A stretch of 63,358 bases of DNA, filler included, from Craspedostauros australis (taxonomy: Eukaryota): the NCBI GenBank assembly GCA_030167865.1. It is 8 parts of 8 records of this genome, joined end to end, with 100 filler letters (N's around TTAATTAATTAA, not from the genome) between each part and the next. Parts side by side here need not be neighbours in the genome. Positions count along the whole stretch, not along the records: positions 6,996 to 34,528 come from JALAGF010005725.1; 7 more parts are not named here. One strand, written 5' to 3'. The stretch's first letter is position 1. Each line of letters begins with the position of its first letter. A program made the translations under genes and the position numbers. Positions 12,652 to 24,800 of the stretch are shown here, one piece after another. The notes below the pieces were generated by a model. It saw nothing but the letters and a program-made list of their open reading frames with translations. It had not been told where the DNA came from and ran no database searches.

Positions 12652-14227
12652 GGTGTGTTGTTCTGTTTCGCTGATCTTCGTTGTGCGTGAGTCTCCTTGT
12701 CTGCAACGCTACCAGTACAGCACAATGCAATGCAATGCAAGACAAGACAAGACAAGACAATGCGTCTCCCTATGTTCGTTGGCTACTCTCGTGTTGCTTT
12801 TTGACCTCTTTCGCGGATTATGGCAGATCTGGGCGAAATGGCATTCGTTCGGTCTTGCCTCTTGTTCCCTTCGCTGCGCCGCCACAAACAGGCCGAAGTC
12901 CTTTTTCGGGCGTTGGATTGATCCCGTTGATACAATGTCCAGAGTGCTGCTTCAGTGCCACGTGTTCTTCGTTCAGTCACAAGGGGCGTGCATGCATTCA
13001 CCGTGCTCGATTAGCGCCTTCGGGGCACGTTCCGCCGCGTTCCGTTTTGCAACCGAGCAACCATCATGTGCGTGTCTCCAAATGGCGCAACAACAAGACG
13101 CATCCAGTACGCTGTTTTCGGCACGAACAGTGAAGAAGGGGTTCCACACCAAGCACCCGTACAGTACGACCGCTACGAATGCCGACGGTGCTGCGCGCAC
13201 GATCCACATGACGAGCTGGCTGCGCGCAACGCGCAATTCACGACCTGACGCAGAATCATGCCCAATCATAAGACCAAAACGTGAAGGCAATTGCAGTGGA
13301 CTGTTATTGGGACCTTTCCTCGCGCGGTCGGCTGAGATCAGTGCGCCTGCGAGTCTCTCCCTGTCACGCATACCGTCAACACTCGCACCCAAGTGACACC
13401 TTTTCTTTCCTGTGAAGAACTCCATTTCAATCTCTTTACCTGAACAAGCCCAAAGAGAAACAGAAGTAGCTCATTCGCGGCAACATTTGTACTTGCAACA
13501 GAAAAGGACAAGTCATATGCCTTGCATGGACAAAACGATCACAATTTTCTGCATGCAAGCGCAACGGTTCTTCGCCGACGTCTTTTGACGGGCTGATCAT
13601 CACCTGTACTACTATGTGTATTGCGTGGAAGAATCCACAACTGAGAAATGCATGTTCCTGCGGACCAAGTCTCGCGAGAAGACGAAGCCACAAACGATAT
13701 TTGATGTCCTTGTCCGCATTTTGGCCATTGTTCATCTCCGAACGATAGTGCAACGGAGCAGCCCGGCCAACGATGTCGTGCTCACTTCGGGGCGGAGAAA
13801 TGAAGCGATACAACGAGGCGAAAGAAGCACTCCTCTGTGGTGCCACCAACTCTCTCTCTCCGGAGAGCCGTGTCATCACACGCGACTTGGAGCGGCGCAT
13901 CGACGACCTGCCTCAGGGAGAACAACAACGACAACCGAACACAACGGGGTAGAGAAGATAAGACCACAGCAGAAGCAATGGCATCATCAATCATCTCAGC
14001 CGCCGCCACACCCGCTGCCAATCGTTCTCGCAACAAATAGTAATAATATCTTGCATTGGCGTAGCTCGTACTACGTAATACGCACAGCGAAGCAGCCCTC
14101 TACATGAGCTACGTACTCGTACGTACTTGTGACGTGATGGAGAAGAGGAGACGAACTTCCTCTCCGCACCCGTTGCTCGTATAATATTACTCTACTCTAT
14201 AATCCCATGCACGCTCATACCGAAGCG

Positions 14228-16609
14228 CTATGACATGCTGACGTACGGCACGTCTCCGAGGAGGAATATCTCAACCCACGCCCGCAACGCACTGTCCGCG
14301 AGATGTTCCACATCCACATCGGTACCGAAAACGCGCCTGCGTCTGTCTCCATCTTGGCTGCTGTTGATGATGACACCACCGCCGTTTCTGGATTCAGCGG
14401 ATGTCGCTGTTGGTCTTGGTGATGCCGAAGCTTCAGCAGCTGGCATACTCGTTGGAACCGGACTCCGATCATCAGCGCAACCATGCTGAATCGCAGAGGT
14501 CCACGCGTTGTCAGAAATTCGGATGTTATGCTCCATCGTCAATTCGTCCTTCAATGTCGTCTGAGTTCGAAGTTTGCTCCAGACTCTCATGGTTCTGGAG
14601 GATGTTGATGGCGCCTGCGGTGGTTGCGGCAATGACCCATCACTTTCGTCCACCACCGCAGCAAAGTTGCCATTGATGATTTGGCCCATGATGCCGCCAG
14701 CGCCGCTGTTTGGGTCTTTCTCCCAAACGCAAAAGCCTTGTACGACCATGAAATCGCTTGGTTTGGCGATCCCACCTTCGATGGCCGTCATGACTTGATC
14801 GAATGAACACGACCACACTTGGCAGTCAGTATCAACCTCTCGCGAGTTATCTCGCTTGTTCACTTCGTTCTCGCTCTCGTCGTTGTTTCTATCGCCATCG
14901 CCACCGTCTACCACCGGGATTAGAGATTGACCCACATTCAGCTGCTTCAGCAGGGTGTTGCAATGGAACCACAACAACGCGGAGGGATCGTGTTCCTCTC
15001 CATCGTCGTTGCTGGACCCGTCACCTTGAGCAGAAGAGTCTCGCGATTCCGGACCAGCACGGCCGTTCGGGCCACCGTAGCGAATTGGAAATTGGACGGC
15101 ATTCGGGCCGATTTGACATTCGTACAATTCGATGGTCGGCAGATTGAGCACGACGCCGACTGATGCATCGTCCGTCTCCTGCACCAACAGGATGATGGCT
15201 TTGTGCAGGAACTGGTCACGCAACATAAATCGTGTGGGATCGGTGCCGCATGAGTGCAGCAGCATTCCTGGTCGGATGGTTCCACGGCTTTGCGCAGCTT
15301 CCAGAGCACGATGGATGTCTTCATCGCACAACCTCGCCACTTCTTCGCCTTGCTGTGGTTGCTCTTCCATTCGCAATGTGCCAGCGTTTGGTCGGTTGGG
15401 AATTTGATTCGCATCTGCATCGACAATAGCATCTGGATCGCCTTCCTGATACGCAACCAGCAGCATCTCCGCCACCCATTCCTTGAGCATGAGTTCGGGG
15501 AACGCATTCGGATCGCCCATCTCATCTTGCTTGCCCAGCTTCTTCATGATTTGCTCCCACATTTCCAGCCCGGCAGACCGCGGATCGTACTGCGGCTGTC
15601 GCAACCGGCTCAGCTCATCCCAAAGCGTCGACGGATCCGTCGACACCATGTACCACGATTTGCGCTCCACTTCACGCTGCAGCTGACCGGGATCCCAACC
15701 GCAGAATCCGTAGAATGTGTAGAACGAATCTTGTGTGGCCAATCCCGCCTCAACCAGACCTCGCGCGCTGAGATGGCTTGTGAGATAGACGCCCGGCAGG
15801 ATTTCATCCGATACGCTGTGCGCCAACGGCGACGAGATGTTGTGCAGGCACACGAGCAACGGATCTTCGTCGTAGAGTCCCGCGAGATCACCGCCGAACG
15901 ACATTCTCCATGAGTTGGCGTTGCTGGTGACGGCGTTGCCATGCGGCTGTTCGTCGGCATCTGCCAAATCCGAACTATCATCGCCACGTTGCTCATCGTC
16001 GTCCGTACCAACCGAATTCAGCACTTCGTCATCCATGCCAATGTACTGAATATCGTCATCCGTCAAGTAAAAGTTGGACGGCCGATTGAGGATGATGCCC
16101 TGCGTGAATTCGTGCTCGTCATGATCCACGATGAGGACGACGCATTTGCAAAAGTAGGGCTGCCTTAAATCATGGCACCCCAACGTCGTCTCGACCTGGC
16201 TCACCACGATGGATCCCTTCTCGATCATGAGGCCGGAATCGTAGGTCCACGTCGTGTCGTCGTCATACGTGGCGGATTCGTGGCGCACGAGTTTGGCCCG
16301 GAATGCTCTCCAGTCGACGTCGTTGTGGGGTGATGAATCTTCCGATTGCTGGTTGTCGTCGTTGTCGTTGTCGTTCCAGAACGGAAAGTCGTCGAAACTG
16401 TCATTGTCGTTGCTGTTTGCGCGAACAATGATACCAGCACGTTGAGAGTCGGATGGGCGTACCAACGTCGTTGGATCTATTGCAACACCATGATGATGTC
16501 TTCGCCGCGACGCAGCGCGCAGCTGGAAGGCATGCACGCCGAATGAAGGATGCTGCTGCCACGATCCGAGCAGCGCAACGAAAACACAGCACGACCACGT
16601 TGCCACCAT
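14228..16609 (-). CDS. DUF179 (YqgE/AlgH-like) protein with two DUF179-like domains, probably plastid-targeted
   Basis: DWRAFRAKLV, YFCKCVVLIVDH...GIILNRP, FYGFCGWDPGQLQREVERKSW; second copy FLHKAIILLVQE...GVVLNLP...RYGGP. The ORF is open to 16843, but ATG 16609 gives a signal peptide followed by VHA|FQL (ASAFAP-like). Confidence 0.75.
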   Translation of the reverse strand: MVATWSCCVFVALLGSWQQHPSFGVHAFQLRAASRRRHHHGVAIDPTTLVRPSDSQRAGIIVRANSNDNDSFDDFPFWNDNDNDDNQQSEDSSPHNDVDWRAFRAKLVRHESATYDDDTTWTYDSGLMIEKGSIVVSQVETTLGCHDLRQPYFCKCVVLIVDHDEHEFTQGIILNRPSNFYLTDDDIQYIGMDDEVLNSVGTDDDEQRGDDSSDLADADEQPHGNAVTSNANSWRMSFGGDLAGLYDEDPLLVCLHNISSPLAHSVSDEILPGVYLTSHLSARGLVEAGLATQDSFYTFYGFCGWDPGQLQREVERKSWYMVSTDPSTLWDELSRLRQPQYDPRSAGLEMWEQIMKKLGKQDEMGDPNAFPELMLKEWVAEMLLVAYQEGDPDAIVDADANQIPNRPNAGTLRMEEQPQQGEEVARLCDEDIHRALEAAQSRGTIRPGMLLHSCGTDPTRFMLRDQFLHKAIILLVQETDDASVGVVLNLPTIELYECQIGPNAVQFPIRYGGPNGRAGPESRDSSAQGDGSSNDDGEEHDPSALLWFHCNTLLKQLNVGQSLIPVVDGGDGDRNNDESENEVNKRDNSREVDTDCQVWSCSFDQVMTAIEGGIAKPSDFMVVQGFCVWEKDPNSGAGGIMGQIINGNFAAVVDESDGSLPQPPQAPSTSSRTMRVWSKLRTQTTLKDELTMEHNIRISDNAWTSAIQHGCADDRSPVPTSMPAAEASASPRPTATSAESRNGGGVIINSSQDGDRRRRVFGTDVDVEHLADSALRAWVEIFLLGDVPYVSMS

Positions 16610-17460
16610 GATGCATAAGAAGCGATGTGCGGGGATGCCCGTTCGAAGTGGTTCCCACGATTCTGGTAGTATGGTTTGGATGATCGTTGCTGCATCCATT
16701 GAAGGAATGCGGATGTGAGTGTATCCGTTGGTGGTGTCGTGCGAGCCATCGTCCTGTCGTTGGTATTGCACGGAACAACGCAGCGTACTGTGGTGATGGC
16801 TCTTTACGCGTTCTTGTTGTGGCGCCAAAGCATTGATGGACATGAGTCCGGTCCAACTCGTGAATCAAACCGAATTAATCATATCAGTCGTATTTTAACG
16901 GTCGACAGTTATTGTCTGTGCGAGAAGCATGCGCAAATGGTCGCGCGTCCCGAAACCAGCGTACCGAAAAGAACAAGAATGAACAAAATCCGCACCTGCC
17001 AACCGGCAAGCAACCAAGGAGTGAGAGACGGAGGGATGTCACCACTCGAAACGCAATCCCGTTCACGGGAACAAACAGGACCAACAACCACCACAACAGA
17101 AGAGAGGGAGAGAGAGGGAGAGAGAGGGAGAAGACACAAAAGCTCCATCTCTCCGCACATCTCCTTCCTTGATTCCGGAAACCGCAACGGATGCGACCGC
17201 GGAAACGACATCATTGCGTTCCAAGGCAATCCCATACTACTACACGTGTTATACTTTCCCCTTCTTCATACTCCTGCGCATCGAAGAGAACCAAGAAGCG
17301 GAGGCAGAAGCAGTCCAGAACCATCAAGTGATCAATTGCATTGCGCTCCAAGATCGTGGACATCATTGGCATCCAGTCTCGACTTGTGGATCGTCCGAGC
17401 ATTGTTCCTCTGCAAGACCTGCTCCTCACAACCACAGCTATTCAGTAGCACTCCTGAACC

Positions 17461-19408
17461 ATGACGAACGATCACGAGCATGGACAAGTCCATGAGCAAG
17501 TCCATGAACATGAGCATGGCCATGACTCGCAGGAACACGACTCGAATGCAGGAGACTACGGCAGTCTGCGATTCCCTCTCTTCACAAAGCCAATCCAGAG
17601 GCAGAAATGGGGAGAGAAGCAGAGCCATCCGCACACCAACTGGGGCGACACCTTCTTCGATGTCTTCTACGTCGCCGCCGCCTACAACCTGGGCAACCTC
17701 ATCCGTCTGGAGCCTTCCCCCAGAGGCCTCTTCTACTTCGCCGGCTGCTTCTGGCCCATCCTCATGATCTGGAACTTCAAGACCTACTTTGACAGTCGCT
17801 ACTACACGAAGGATGATCTCTGGCACCGTGTTTACGATCTCGCCGTGCTCCTCACCTTGGGCGCCGCCGTGCTGCACATCCGACCGGTCGACATCCTTGC
17901 CAACAGCGAGGACAACATCGACATGTTCTCCTTCGCCCTGTCGGCCACGTTGGGACTCCTGCTGTCCATCGGTCGGCTTGTCGAGGTCGTGATTGGTGTG
18001 GAGGGGCAGCCGGTTGCCAAGGTGGCGGCCAAGCGCGATGTGTGGGCCATGCTGCTGCCCTTCTTCTCCTTGTTGGCGGCCACCGTCGTTGCGGGCGTCA
18101 AGTACTACGGTACGGACAATGATGAATATGATGATGGCAGCGACAAGGATTATGACAAAGACACTGGCAGCAGCAGCAGCTACGGTGACTACAATGTAAC
18201 CAGCGACGGGTATGGCAGATATCTGGCAGCGGCCGATGCTTCCAAATCGTCGGCGTCATCTTATGATGCCAATGAGACCGATGCTCCCATCTCGTTATGC
18301 GTCGCTGGGGGGATACTGTGGAACATTCTCCTCGTCGTTCTGGTCATGTTCCTCCTTCCTGGCGGTGGCCGGCACAAGGAGTGAGTCGTTTCCTGGTGTC
18401 CTTTTGTTTGCAATCGGTGTGGGCCTAAGTCACTACTCGCACCATGCTCTGCGCATACAGTCTCTGTCGTATTCATTGCCCATTTCCACCCACGTAACTC
18501 ACGGAATTCCATTGCTTCCGTCACCCGCATCCCTCCGCCTCTTTCACGCATCCACGTTCAGAGTCACCGTCCCCATGAATGTGTCCTTCACCATCCATCG
18601 GTACGGAGAATTCGTCATGCTCATGCTGGGAGAGACTGTCCTGTCGTTGCTCATCGTCACGCCATCCGGTACCCTCGACTATTTCAAGGCCTTCTTCGCG
18701 GGCATCGTCTCCATCACGCTCCTCGAGTACCTGCACTTCCGTTCCCAACCCAATCGGCCGGACGCTCACGCCATGCGACGTAGCAAGGAGGCCGGTATCG
18801 CCTACAGCTTCCTCATGCAGATCTACTGCGGCGCCCTCGTCGTCTTGGGCACCACCTACAAGATGATACTCTACGAATTCATCTACGAAGATGACAGCGA
18901 TAGTGACAAAGGCCGGCGAACGCTCTTCTCCGCCTTGTCCAGAATGCTGGCAGGCGCGACTGATTCCTCTTCCGACCTCTCCACGGACGAGCGTCGCCAA
19001 CGCATCGCCAACCTCTTCTGCGGCAGCATGGCCCTCGTCTGGCTGTGCTCCGACATCATGATCCTCGTGCACCGCGGCCTCCGCGATAACCTCGGTCGCT
19101 GTCGCATGCAGCGTGACGACAACAAGCGCACGATCGCGATCATGCTCGTCGTGCTGCGCGTCGCCCTCATCGGCTTCATCGTCTCGCTGAGCCAGTACGT
19201 CACGGAACCCAAGTTCCTGGCAGCGACCGGTCTCATCGGGATCCTGTGTCAGGTCATCCTGCGCTTCATCGGCACGGCCACGTTTGGTGATCAGGATGAA
19301 GATGTCGTCATCCCGGAAGGCGTCGATCCGGATTCGTACCGGGCGGCCCGCGCGTGGCCCAACACGACGCAAGGCAGGGTGCAGCGGCGCAAGAGTGTTC
19401 AGGATTAG
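17461..19408 (+). CDS. Low temperature requirement A (LtrA)-like polytopic membrane protein; join(17461..18380,18562..19408), 588 aa
   Basis: WGDTFFDVFYVAAAYNLG and HRYGEFVMLMLGETVLSLL match the LtrA-family W.ELFFDL.FV and ER.G.F..I.LGE motifs. A phase-2 GT-AG intron (18381-18561) joins the two ORFs in frame. Many hydrophobic helices. Confidence 0.8.
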
Positions 19409-19763
19409 AGGGCTCGCAGTGGCATGTGCTCGCAGTAGCATGTGCTTGAAGGTGGATCGCTCACTGAATGGGAACAGGATCGCTCCTAGATTAGGAACAG
19501 ATATTCTTCTCTTCGTTGCGTAAGTTGATCTCATGTGCGGAGCCTGTGCGGAGAATGTACAGAGTGTGTACAGAGAAGTGTGCGAACACCGAGTGGAACA
19601 GACTAGNNNNNNNNNNNNNNNNNNNNNNNNNNNNNNNNNNNNNNNNNNNNNNNNNNACTAGAGTGAAGCATGGTATTCCAATGGTACTTTTGCAACTTCG
19701 ACTATGACCAGTATTACGTTGAGTAGAGTAGAGTGGAGCAGAGGACTCGGATAGTTGAGAGAC

Positions 19764-20537
19764 TCAGCGTCCATTGCAATCGTTGGAACAGTGCTCCTTG
19801 TAGGATATCATCGTGCCGGTCCAGTCGCATCCATCTCGTGGACACCTGACTGCAACGTTACCCCAAACGCGTCGCGCCATGCCGCTCAAATCCTCCACGC
19901 TCGCGATCTCCTTACGATCCAGAGGACACAGTGGACAACCGTCGCTGTACGTGCGCAGCTGATGAAAACACGCGCGGCACATGATATGATCGCAGGATGT
20001 GACAATGGGATCGTCATGCGGGACGCTGCAGCAGATGGGGCAGATCATGGTGAGCATGATGTCGCTCTTCATCTCGTTCTCATCGAGTTCGGGTGGAGGG
20101 AGTTCGCGAGTGGTTTCTTCTTCAGGCGCGGACGCTTGCGTTGCGGCCGTCAGCAGGGCGTCGATGATCGCCTCGAAGCGGGTTGCATCGCTTTGGACGA
20201 CGCTGCTGCTGGTCTCTTCGTCCGGTGATTCGACGATATCTGTGAGCACGGCATCAATGATAGCGTCAAGGATTGGCTCGTCTCCATCTTCCTGTTGGGC
20301 CTCAAGAAGGCACTCCAACAATATGGTTCCTGCCAAGGCCTCCAAGGCCCCCTGCAATCCGGCTCGGGCGTGACGAATCTGCTCCTGCGATCTCCGATTG
20401 GACATGCGATGCAAGTCTTCCGCCACAACGAGACTGGCGATCTCTTGCGCCACGACGAGACTGGCGGGCTCTTCCGCGAGGGCGTCGAGAGATCTGGCAA
20501 GCTCCTCCGCGAGGGCATCGAGAGGATCTTGCGCCAT
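19764..20537 (-). CDS. RING-finger (C3HC4) protein with the start of a TRAF-type zinc finger; putative E3 ligase
   Basis: CPICC...CDHIMCRAC...CPLCPLDR followed by VRCPRDGCDWTG...EHCSNDC. The 3' end may be incomplete or spliced (N gap at 19607-19656). Confidence 0.8.
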   Translation of the reverse strand: MAQDPLDALAEELARSLDALAEEPASLVVAQEIASLVVAEDLHRMSNRRSQEQIRHARAGLQGALEALAGTILLECLLEAQQEDGDEPILDAIIDAVLTDIVESPDEETSSSVVQSDATRFEAIIDALLTAATQASAPEEETTRELPPPELDENEMKSDIMLTMICPICCSVPHDDPIVTSCDHIMCRACFHQLRTYSDGCPLCPLDRKEIASVEDLSGMARRVWGNVAVRCPRDGCDWTGTMISYKEHCSNDCNGR

Positions 20538-21897
20538 GATGCTGATGCTGACGTGCTATCTGTTCAAATTGTGCGCAACAGACGCAATCACTTGGCAATT
20601 CAGATGATCGCACGGCACAACCGCACGAATGGAACAGTCCGAAACACGCAGCCTCTATTCTGGCACACGCATTCTCATCTGCCATCGCAGAAGCGGTGAG
20701 CCTTTACGCCTATCAACAGCATCGCACCCTTCCACATCCCACAGAGTGCTCTCTTTGCAGAGAGTAATGAAGTGGGCGCGACCAACATTCTATGAGAACT
20801 TCGTTGACTGCGATCAACGCATGCTCGCACCATCTCGCGTTTGGTTGCATGCGCTTGGACCGCGACGAAGGAAAGTGTTGAACGACTGCCGGGAGCGAAG
20901 AACGGCGGGAAGTTTTCATTTCATGAGAAACGTCATATCAAGTACTATATATATGGTATATATAACGTATAGTACCACGATGAGTATCGATTGTTTATTC
21001 GCTCATCTCACGTCATGTCACCCCAAACCCTTGTTGCCACGCAGCGTCACGTCCACGATAGACGAACCGTTGATGTTCGTAAATGTGAATGTCGCTATGA
21101 CATGCCATGGATTAGCGTAATTATGATCGCGGTCTTGGGATAGTCGCTGCAATGTCGATGAAGGTGATCGTTTTGCGAACTGTTGCACATCAAGATGGCG
21201 GAAGAAAAAAGAGACGGTCACAACGAACCGACGAGCGACAAGCACAGACCCGTCGAGGAGGTCCATGGAGGCAAGGTGACTGGTCACCCTTGGCGCGCAA
21301 GAGAAAGAAGATGGCAAGAAGACGGCAATCAGTGATAAAGCCTCACCATTGTGATCGGAGAGTGGGCGAACAGCTGCAGTGTTCAGGGAGAGGAGAAAAG
21401 CTTGCCACAATCCAGCCACGGCATCGCCATCTCTCTCATACCGCTCACCAGTGTGCAAGCAAGAACGGCTTCAACCCATACGGAGTGCGACTGTTACTCC
21501 TCTGCTCTGAGCGTTCCTTGGACTTAATAGTCGTACGGCCCACAGCACCATTGATCATAGAGCAGAGCAGAGCAGAGCAGAGCAGAGTAGTACTGGAACA
21601 GACGGCCCAAGCGAAGCTGCAGAGACGAAAGCTCCCTCCAGAGAGGCTACTTACGAACACGACCTGCGAACACCAACACAAACACCAATACTAATACCAA
21701 TAGTAGTAGGCTCGCGCGGATGCTGCGTGATCGATTGCCTTCCGAACTGCATCATCCACATCGCAGCACTCTCCGCCTTTGATTCATTCTATTTCCATTC
21801 CAGAGAGAGAGAGAGAGAGAGAGCAGGCTTGTGAACAACATCACAATACCATCAACACAATCAATAGGAGCAAGATCGATACCATTGTTGAGAGAAG

Positions 21898-24800
21898 ATG
21901 GTGGAACACGACACCCTCAGTTCAGCGGCAACACCATTGACTGCCGCAATGGCAACATCATCCACAGCACCGTTGGCATCTCCTGCGCACCGCAGACCGC
22001 GTCCATCTTCCTCCAAGATGCTCAATAGCAACAGCAATGGCAACGGCAATGACTGGCAATCCACTGTTTCCTCCATTCGGACTGCGACGACGGCTCCAAC
22101 GCAAAGAACGGAGGATACCTCCCAAGTCATGTCCAGAGCAACTGCTGCTTCCAACTCAGTCAACCTGGGAGGCAACGGAAGCCCCCGCTTCCACCATCGA
22201 ACGGTTCGAGGGTCTTCCACGAGCACCTCGTCTCATATGCCATCGCAACACTCGCAACAACCAAGGAGAGCCTACGACCGCATGAAGAGCAACGCCAGCA
22301 ACGACAGCGAACGCGCCTCCGGAGACAACTCGTTCCGCACCTCCGCCTCATCAGCGAGGAGGATGCACACGTCCGGCGTGGACTTTTACGACACCGGCTA
22401 CACGAAAGAGGAATGCAACGCCGAGGAGCCGCCCATCACCAAGTTCCAGCACAAGGACGAGGCTCTGGCCTCCTTTCTGCAGCGCACGCAGGAGTATGGG
22501 ACGTTGCATGCTCTCAAGGATCAGATTCTCTTTCGCGATGTTAACACTGTTGACAATGTTGACAATGTTAACAGTGTTAACAGTAAGCAATCAAGTGCAG
22601 TGGTTGATTCGGAAGCGCCAACGTCCACTCCATCAGTGCAGCAACAACCACAACAGCCACATCCACAGCCACAGAAACAACAGAACATTGCTTCTTCGTC
22701 AGCCTCGCAGAACACATCGGATGCCGACCTCCTGCCAGGCGTCCTGGTCTGGGGTCTCAGCGGCACGGGCAAATCCAAGCTCGTCCAAACCTTCTGCAAG
22801 GACGTGCAGGACCAAACCAACACGAACCAGGTCTACCTCCTGCAGGGACAGTACGACGAGAACACGAGCGTCAATGTCAGCAGCGCCAGCACGATGCGCA
22901 GCACCGCGACGCGTCATCGCACCAAGAAACATCAGCAGTCGGATCCCTTCTCCGCCATCATCCAGGCCTTCACGGATTTTGCGCATCAGCTCGGCAAGGA
23001 TGAGGTCGATCTCGAGCGGATTCGTCGTGTCGTGCGTGAGACGATGGGGGAGAGCACCGCGGTCGGTTCGGCTTATGGCGGCAGTCAGCAGCAACGTGGA
23101 GGATCGACGGTCAGGTCCGCGTCGCCGTCCAGGCGGGAGTGTGATGCCAACACCACGGTCGGGAGCACCACCAGCGCCACGGATATGATGGATCCATTGC
23201 ATCATCATCGCAATCAACAACAACAATCACAGTCACAGTCACAATCACATAACAACAACAACAAGCACATTCCGCAACAGGAGGACTCCGAATATGAGGA
23301 CACCCTCACGGCCTTGGAGGATTACCATTACGACCGCGAGATCGTGTCGGCCCTCACATCCCTCGTCCCATCGCTCTCCATCATCTTCTCCAATCGTGCC
23401 GGCGGAAGCAGCATGGCCGACAACAGCAGCCTGCGCAGCGGCTCCATCCGATCCTCCGGCACCATCGTCTCCAACGAACAATCATTCTCGCATCTATCCT
23501 CGCCCGAAACCGCAAACCGACGTGCCAACAAGACCATGTTCGGGATCGAAAGTCGTTCCGCCAATGCCTGGAATCGGTTGCAGTACGTCTTCCTGCAGTT
23601 CGTCAAGGCCATCTCCACGAAGGAACGACCCATCATCCTATTTCTGGATAATCTCCAGTGGGCATCGTCGCTCAGTCTAGAGCTCTTGGCCAGTCTACTG
23701 TCCGATCCGGAGTTGAAGCATTTTCTATTCATAGGCGTCATCCGTGAGGAGCATTCGGCATCGGCCATGTCCACGACGTCCTCCTTGTCGCAACCGCGAG
23801 GTGTCAGCCATTCGCGTACAGCAACCGCTCGCAACAGCAACAATGACAATGAGATCCTGCCGTACACTGGTGCTGGTTCCAACAACAACAGCAATGACAA
23901 CCTCAGTGCGGACGACTCTCACACCCCCATCCAACAGTTCCTGGATCGGTTGGATGAAACTGGCAAACCCCTGGAGCAACTCACCATGCACAACCTCTCC
24001 TTAGCGGGAACCGTCCAGCTCGTCGCGGACATCATCGAACGCACGCAGGAGGATTGCGAATCATTGACGCAGCAGATCTACGCCAAGACGAAGGGCAACA
24101 TCCTCTTCACCATGCAGGCGCTCGAGGAGCTCGTGCGACATCACGTATTGATGTACAGCCGCATATCATTCCAGTGGGAATGGAATATCCCCTCAACGAA
24201 CTCACTCTTGTCGGATCGCAATGCATCGTCCAACAATCCCAACAACATGATCCTCATTCAGCAGCGATCCACGACCTTGCCCATCAGCGAACTGCCCATC
24301 AGCGACAACGTCCTCAAATCAATCACGTCCAAGGTCAAGAACCTGCCGCAGCCATTGCAAAAGGCCTTGGCCGTCGCATCCTACATCCGCTCCAACTTTG
24401 ATGTCCGCATCTTGGAATACATCCTGCGCAAGGAGACGCTCTACGGGTCCGACACGATGGGTTTGCTCACCACGAGCCCGCCCTCCAAGTCTTTGTCGCC
24501 GTCGTCGCAACTCAACGCGAGAGGCAACGTCGACACCAACACCACTCCGCCCCTGATGCAGTGGTTGGAAGAGGCCGTGCTCGAAGGGTTGCTCTTGAAT
24601 CCCGTCGGTGGTACCAAGTACCGCTTCGCGCATGGTCGCATCCATCAGGCCGCGTCGAGTCTCGTGCCATTCGGTGAAGAGCGTGATAAGCTGCGCGCCA
24701 GGATTGGCAAATGTTTGTTCCAGCTGTGGAAGTGCGATTTTGATGATATGAACGACATGGATATTGTGAATCAAGATGGCGGCGGTAACAACCACAACGG

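Noticed and set aside
12464..14107. 310-aa, 163-aa and other ORFs between the cyclase and DUF179 genes
   Set aside because: No motifs; they run through microsatellites (CAATG/CAAGA) and probable promoter DNA.
21558..21822. (AGAGC)n and (GA)n tracts; similar tracts at 11193, 12722, 40890 and 61152
   Set aside because: Ordinary microsatellites or short tandem repeats.
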